From positions 4,639-68,638 of the forward strand of contig CAZZVN010000008.1 of the NCBI GenBank assembly GCA_964657625.1: a stretch of 64,000 nt of DNA, written 5' to 3'. Positions within the stretch are counted from its first letter, which is position 1. Each line of letters opens with the position of its first letter. The position numbers and the translations under genes are program-made. Of this stretch, positions 60,710 to 64,000 are shown piece by piece. Origin of the DNA: an uncultured Steroidobacteraceae bacterium (GTDB lineage: Bacteria; Pseudomonadota; Gammaproteobacteria; Steroidobacterales; Steroidobacteraceae). The notes beneath the pieces were generated by a model that had not been told where the DNA came from, made no database searches, and was given only the letters and a program-made list of their open reading frames with translations.

Positions 60710-62164
60710 CTACGGCGGGAGAGCGGCAGCCTCGAGGCCGGCGGTGCTCCAGCCGCCGCCCAACGCCACGATGAGGGAGACGCTGGCCTGCAGGCGGTCC
60801 GACAGCACGGTGAGCGCATTCTCCTCGCTGGCGAGCCGGGTGGTCTGGGCGGTGATCACGCTGCTGTAGGGAACCGTTCCTGCCTTGTACTGGTTGAGCG
60901 TGAGTTTCTCGGCCTCGAGCGAGGCCGACACCGCGGCGTCTTCGACCGCCGCCTGCTGTTCGAGCACCCGCAGGGTGACGATCTCATCCTCGACCTGTTC
61001 GAACGCCGACAATACGGTCTGGCGGTAGCTGTCGATCTGGCCTTCATAGGCGGCACGCGCATAGAGCACCTGCGCCCGGCGCAGGCCGCCGTCGAAGATG
61101 GTCTCGGCGAGCGACGGTCCCACCGACCACACGCGATTGGCGGTGCGGATCAACCTGCCGAACGAAGGGCCGGAGTAGTCGTCCGAGCCGGTCAGCGTCA
61201 AGGTCGGGTAGTACGCTGCGGTTTCTATGCCGATGGTGGCATTCGCGGCGGCCACCCTGCGCTCCGCCTCTGAGATGTCGGGGCGGCGTTCGAGAAGGCT
61301 CGACGGCATCCCCGCCGGCACCGTGGGGACGTCGCTGCGCAGGGGAACGGGCGCCAAGGAAAATTCGCCGGGCTGCCGCCCGACCAGAACCGCGACGGCA
61401 TGTTCCAACGTCGCCCGTGTGATGCGCGCGTTGATCTGCGAGGCCTGACTGTTGAGGAGCTGGGTCTGCGCGGTGACCACGTCGGCCTTGGCCGCGACGC
61501 CGAACTTGTAGCGGCTCTCGGTGATCTTGAGCGATTGTTTCTCGGCCTCGACGATGTCGTCGAGCAGGCGTTGCAGCTGGTCCTGCGCGCGGAGCTGGAA
61601 GTAATCGATCGCGAGCGTGCTCTGCGCCGACAGGGTGGCGGCGGCCAGGGCCGCGGCGCTGGCCTGCGCGGAATCCGTGTCGCTCTCCACCGTGCGCCTC
61701 AGCTGTCCCCAGATGTCCGCCGTCCAGCTGGCAGAGACGCCCGCGGTGGCCGTGCTGCCGGTGCCCAGAGTGCCGACGGCGCCGCGCTGCAGGCCGAGGC
61801 TCGCGGAGATGGACGGCCAGAAGCCCGCGCGGGCTTCTGCGACCAGCGCGCGCGCTTGATCGAGCGCCGCTGCGGTCGCCTTGACGTTTTCGTTGGAGAC
61901 GGCGATCTGTACTTCGAGCCCGGATAATTCGTCGTCCTTGAAGATGTCCCACCACGGACCGCGATTCAGGGCGTCGGCGGGTTCGCTGGGCTTCCACTCG
62001 GGCGTCGCTTCCTTGTAGACCTCGACGGCGTGGAACGTGGGTCGCACGTAATCGGGTCCCACCGCGCAGCCGGTGAGCGAGGCGACCGCCAGCACGAGCA
62101 CCCCGTCCCGGAGGGTAGCGCGCCGGGGGTTCATGCGCCGGGGCATCACGGACCGGGTCTTCAT
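60710..62164 (-). CDS. RND efflux outer-membrane factor lipoprotein (NodT/OprM family)
   Basis: Lipobox LAVASLTGC, then GPDYVRP, WWDIFKDDEL, and two repeat halves of the OMF fold. ATGA overlap with the RND pump gene. Confidence 0.9.
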   Translation of the reverse strand: MKTRSVMPRRMNPRRATLRDGVLVLAVASLTGCAVGPDYVRPTFHAVEVYKEATPEWKPSEPADALNRGPWWDIFKDDELSGLEVQIAVSNENVKATAAALDQARALVAEARAGFWPSISASLGLQRGAVGTLGTGSTATAGVSASWTADIWGQLRRTVESDTDSAQASAAALAAATLSAQSTLAIDYFQLRAQDQLQRLLDDIVEAEKQSLKITESRYKFGVAAKADVVTAQTQLLNSQASQINARITRATLEHAVAVLVGRQPGEFSLAPVPLRSDVPTVPAGMPSSLLERRPDISEAERRVAAANATIGIETAAYYPTLTLTGSDDYSGPSFGRLIRTANRVWSVGPSLAETIFDGGLRRAQVLYARAAYEGQIDSYRQTVLSAFEQVEDEIVTLRVLEQQAAVEDAAVSASLEAEKLTLNQYKAGTVPYSSVITAQTTRLASEENALTVLSDRLQASVSLIVALGGGWSTAGLEAAALPP

Positions 62165-64000
62165 GTGCCGGCTCCCGCCAGTTCCAGATTCGAACCCGGC
62201 GGCGACGGTTTGGCCTGCTTGAGTTTTTTCCAGTACCGATGCACGTACAAATACACGACCGGTGTGGTGTAGATGGTCAGCAGCTGGCTCACGACCAAGC
62301 CGCCGACGATGGAAATACCCAACGGGCGGCGCATCTCGGTGCCGTCGCCGTAGGCGACGGCTAGCGGCAGGGCGCCGGCGATCGCGGCGCAGGTGGTCAT
62401 CATGATGGGCCGGAAGCGCAGCGAACATGCATGGGCGATAGCGGCGCGCGGGTCCATTCCCAGGGTGCGCTCCGCATCCAGCGCGAAATCCACCATCATG
62501 ATGGCGTTCTTCTTGACGATGCCGATGAGCAGCAGGATTCCTAGAAACGCGATGAGGCTGAACTCGGTCCCCGTCGCGAGCAGCGCGAGCAGGGCGCCCA
62601 CGCCCGCCGACGGCAGCGTGGAGAGGATGGTGAGCGGCTGGCTGTAACTTTCGTAGAGCACGCCCAGCACCACATAGATGGCGGCCAGCGCGGCGAGCAG
62701 CATCAGCGGGGTGTTGCTGTTGCTCTGCTGGAATAGTTTGGCGGTTCCGTAGGTACCGCCCTGGATGGTGACGGGCATGTGGATGGCGCTCATTTTCTTT
62801 TCGATCGCAGCGATGGCCGTGCCCAGCGACTCGCCGTCCGGGACGTTGAACGAGATCGACGTCGACACCGAGGTGCCGGTGTGGTTCACGCTCACCGGTG
62901 TCGTGCTGACCGCAAAGGTGCTGAACGCGGAAAACGGCACCATGGTCTCGGTGGCAACGCTCACCGCGGAGCCGGTGGAGGTGTTGCCGCGCCCCGCGTT
63001 GGCCAGCGAATTCGACGCCTGGTTGCGCGCGGCATCCTGCGCCACGGCGGTACTCGAGGCTTGCGCGCCCGGCAGCACGGTGGTGCCGGCGACGGCCTGC
63101 GTGGACTGGGTGCCGCTGACGGCATTACCGGAGGTGCTGACGTAGAGGTTCTTGAGCGTATCGGGGTTTTGCCAGAACTCCGGCGCGACTTCCATGACGA
63201 CGTGGTATTGCTGCGGGCTGAACGGATTGTAGATGGTCGACACCTGCGACTGCGCGAACGCATCGCCCAGTGCGTTGTCGATCTGCAACGCGGTGAGTCC
63301 GAGCCGCGACGCGCTGTCACGGTCGACGATCAGGTCGGCCTCGAGTCCGCCGGGCTGCAGGTCGGTGTCGACGTCGGTGACCTCGGGGAGGTCCTGCAGG
63401 GCGTTGCGCAGTTTGAGAGACCAGGAACGCAGCTCCATCAGATCGTCCCCCAGCAGCGTGTACTGATACTGGGAGTTGGACGATCGGCCGCCGCCGCCGC
63501 CGATGTCCTGAACCGACTGCAGGAACGTGGAGACGCCGCTCACCTTGAGCAACTGCGGACGCAGTCGTGCGACCACCTGATCCGCGGGCGAGCGGCCCGT
63601 GGAGAGCGGTTTGAGCGCGATGGTGAGATTGGCGTTGGCATTGCCGCCGGGACCGAAGCCGCTCGAGCCCACCGAGCCCGTGACCGTGCTGACCGCCGGG
63701 TCCGATTGGACGATGTGGGCGACCTGCTGAAGCTTGCGCTTCATCAGCTGGAACGAGCTCTGCGCATCGCCGCGGATGCCCCCCTGCAACTGGCCGGTGT
63801 CCTGCTGCGGGAAAAATCCCTTGGGAATGATGATGTATAGATATACGTTCAAGCCGATGGTGGCCAGCAGCAGCAGCATCATGCTGCGCGGATGACCGAG
63901 CGCCCAGCCCAGCGTTTCGACGTAGCCGGCGCGCAGGCGTTCGAAGCCCCGGTCGAAGGCGCGGGCGAAACGCGAGGGAGTGCGCTCGCTGTCCCGTTGC
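62161..64000 (-). CDS. RND multidrug efflux pump, MdtB/MdtC-like (C-terminal ~610 codons; 5' end beyond the window)
   Basis: The frame is open to the window edge. The TM7 region LLLLATIGLNVYLYIIIPKGFFPQQDTG, the second periplasmic loop, and TM8-12 (LLAALAAIYVVLGVLYESYSQPLTILSTLPSAGVGALLAL...GIVKKNAIMMVDFAL...RFRPIMMTT) are present. Confidence 0.9.
   Translation of the reverse strand, partial: QRDSERTPSRFARAFDRGFERLRAGYVETLGWALGHPRSMMLLLLATIGLNVYLYIIIPKGFFPQQDTGQLQGGIRGDAQSSFQLMKRKLQQVAHIVQSDPAVSTVTGSVGSSGFGPGGNANANLTIALKPLSTGRSPADQVVARLRPQLLKVSGVSTFLQSVQDIGGGGGRSSNSQYQYTLLGDDLMELRSWSLKLRNALQDLPEVTDVDTDLQPGGLEADLIVDRDSASRLGLTALQIDNALGDAFAQSQVSTIYNPFSPQQYHVVMEVAPEFWQNPDTLKNLYVSTSGNAVSGTQSTQAVAGTTVLPGAQASSTAVAQDAARNQASNSLANAGRGNTSTGSAVSVATETMVPFSAFSTFAVSTTPVSVNHTGTSVSTSISFNVPDGESLGTAIAAIEKKMSAIHMPVTIQGGTYGTAKLFQQSNSNTPLMLLAALAAIYVVLGVLYESYSQPLTILSTLPSAGVGALLALLATGTEFSLIAFLGILLLIGIVKKNAIMMVDFALDAERTLGMDPRAAIAHACSLRFRPIMMTTCAAIAGALPLAVAYGDGTEMRRPLGISIVGGLVVSQLLTIYTTPVVYLYVHRYWKKLKQAKPSPPGSNLELAGAGT

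Noticed and set aside
1-64000. Searched by eye for CRISPR arrays, rRNA/tRNA genes, IS elements, integrases, phage genes and intact defence systems.
   Set aside because: None found. The only mobile- or defence-related trace is the decayed abiE pair at 622-1830.

Overview
Visibly GC-rich (about two-thirds G+C by eye, not computed), tightly packed proteobacterial chromosomal DNA. The abundance of TonB-dependent receptors suggests a Xanthomonadales/Nevskiales-like gammaproteobacterium, but that is inference only. I call 53 protein-coding genes (2 cut by the window edges) and 3 gene relics. I saw no rRNA, tRNA, CRISPR array, IS element or integrase.

Blocks in order:
- (1) The end of a LytTR response regulator, a decayed AbiEi/AbiEii toxin-antitoxin pair, and a TonB-dependent receptor.
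- (2) An anion-type MFS transporter plus a Gfo/Idh/MocA oxidoreductase, divergent from an aldo-keto reductase, an SsuD-like flavin monooxygenase and a soluble PAS kinase.
- (3) A TonB-dependent receptor, secreted phosphoesterase, and exbD-tonB-exbB in one operon. Next to it are a YncE-like beta-propeller and an OmpR-type two-component pair.
- (4) A purine block of about 20 kb. It contains a DHA2 MFS, a phosphoribosyltransferase, a NUP-family protein, a secreted ADA2-like adenosine deaminase, a secreted nucleoside hydrolase, a DapE/ArgE-like M20 enzyme and a UraD-AllC fusion. It continues with PuuE, PuuD, a BMP-type ABC importer and UraH. The importer's binding-protein gene is divergent and translationally coupled to ureDABCEFG.
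- (5) ivd-mccB-mccA (leucine/isovalerate catabolism).
- (6) LysR, PRC-barrel, cytochrome b and a Moco lipoprotein.
- (7) frmA with a hydrolase relic.
- (8) A PAS-HK-REC-HK hybrid kinase.
- (9) A TonB receptor, secreted GH65 and GH37 trehalase locus.
- (10) An NarL regulator, REC-GGDEF and Hpt set.
- (11) The end of an RND efflux operon.

The best candidates for something not yet described are:
- the exported nucleoside-degrading trio and the unassigned M20 enzyme inside the urate/ureide/urease supracluster;
- the receptor-phosphoesterase operon with its own Ton motor;
- the SsuD-like/AKR/Gfo/anion-MFS module.

All functional calls come from reading the translated ORFs against remembered family motifs. 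No searches were run, and start codons are the least certain part of every call.
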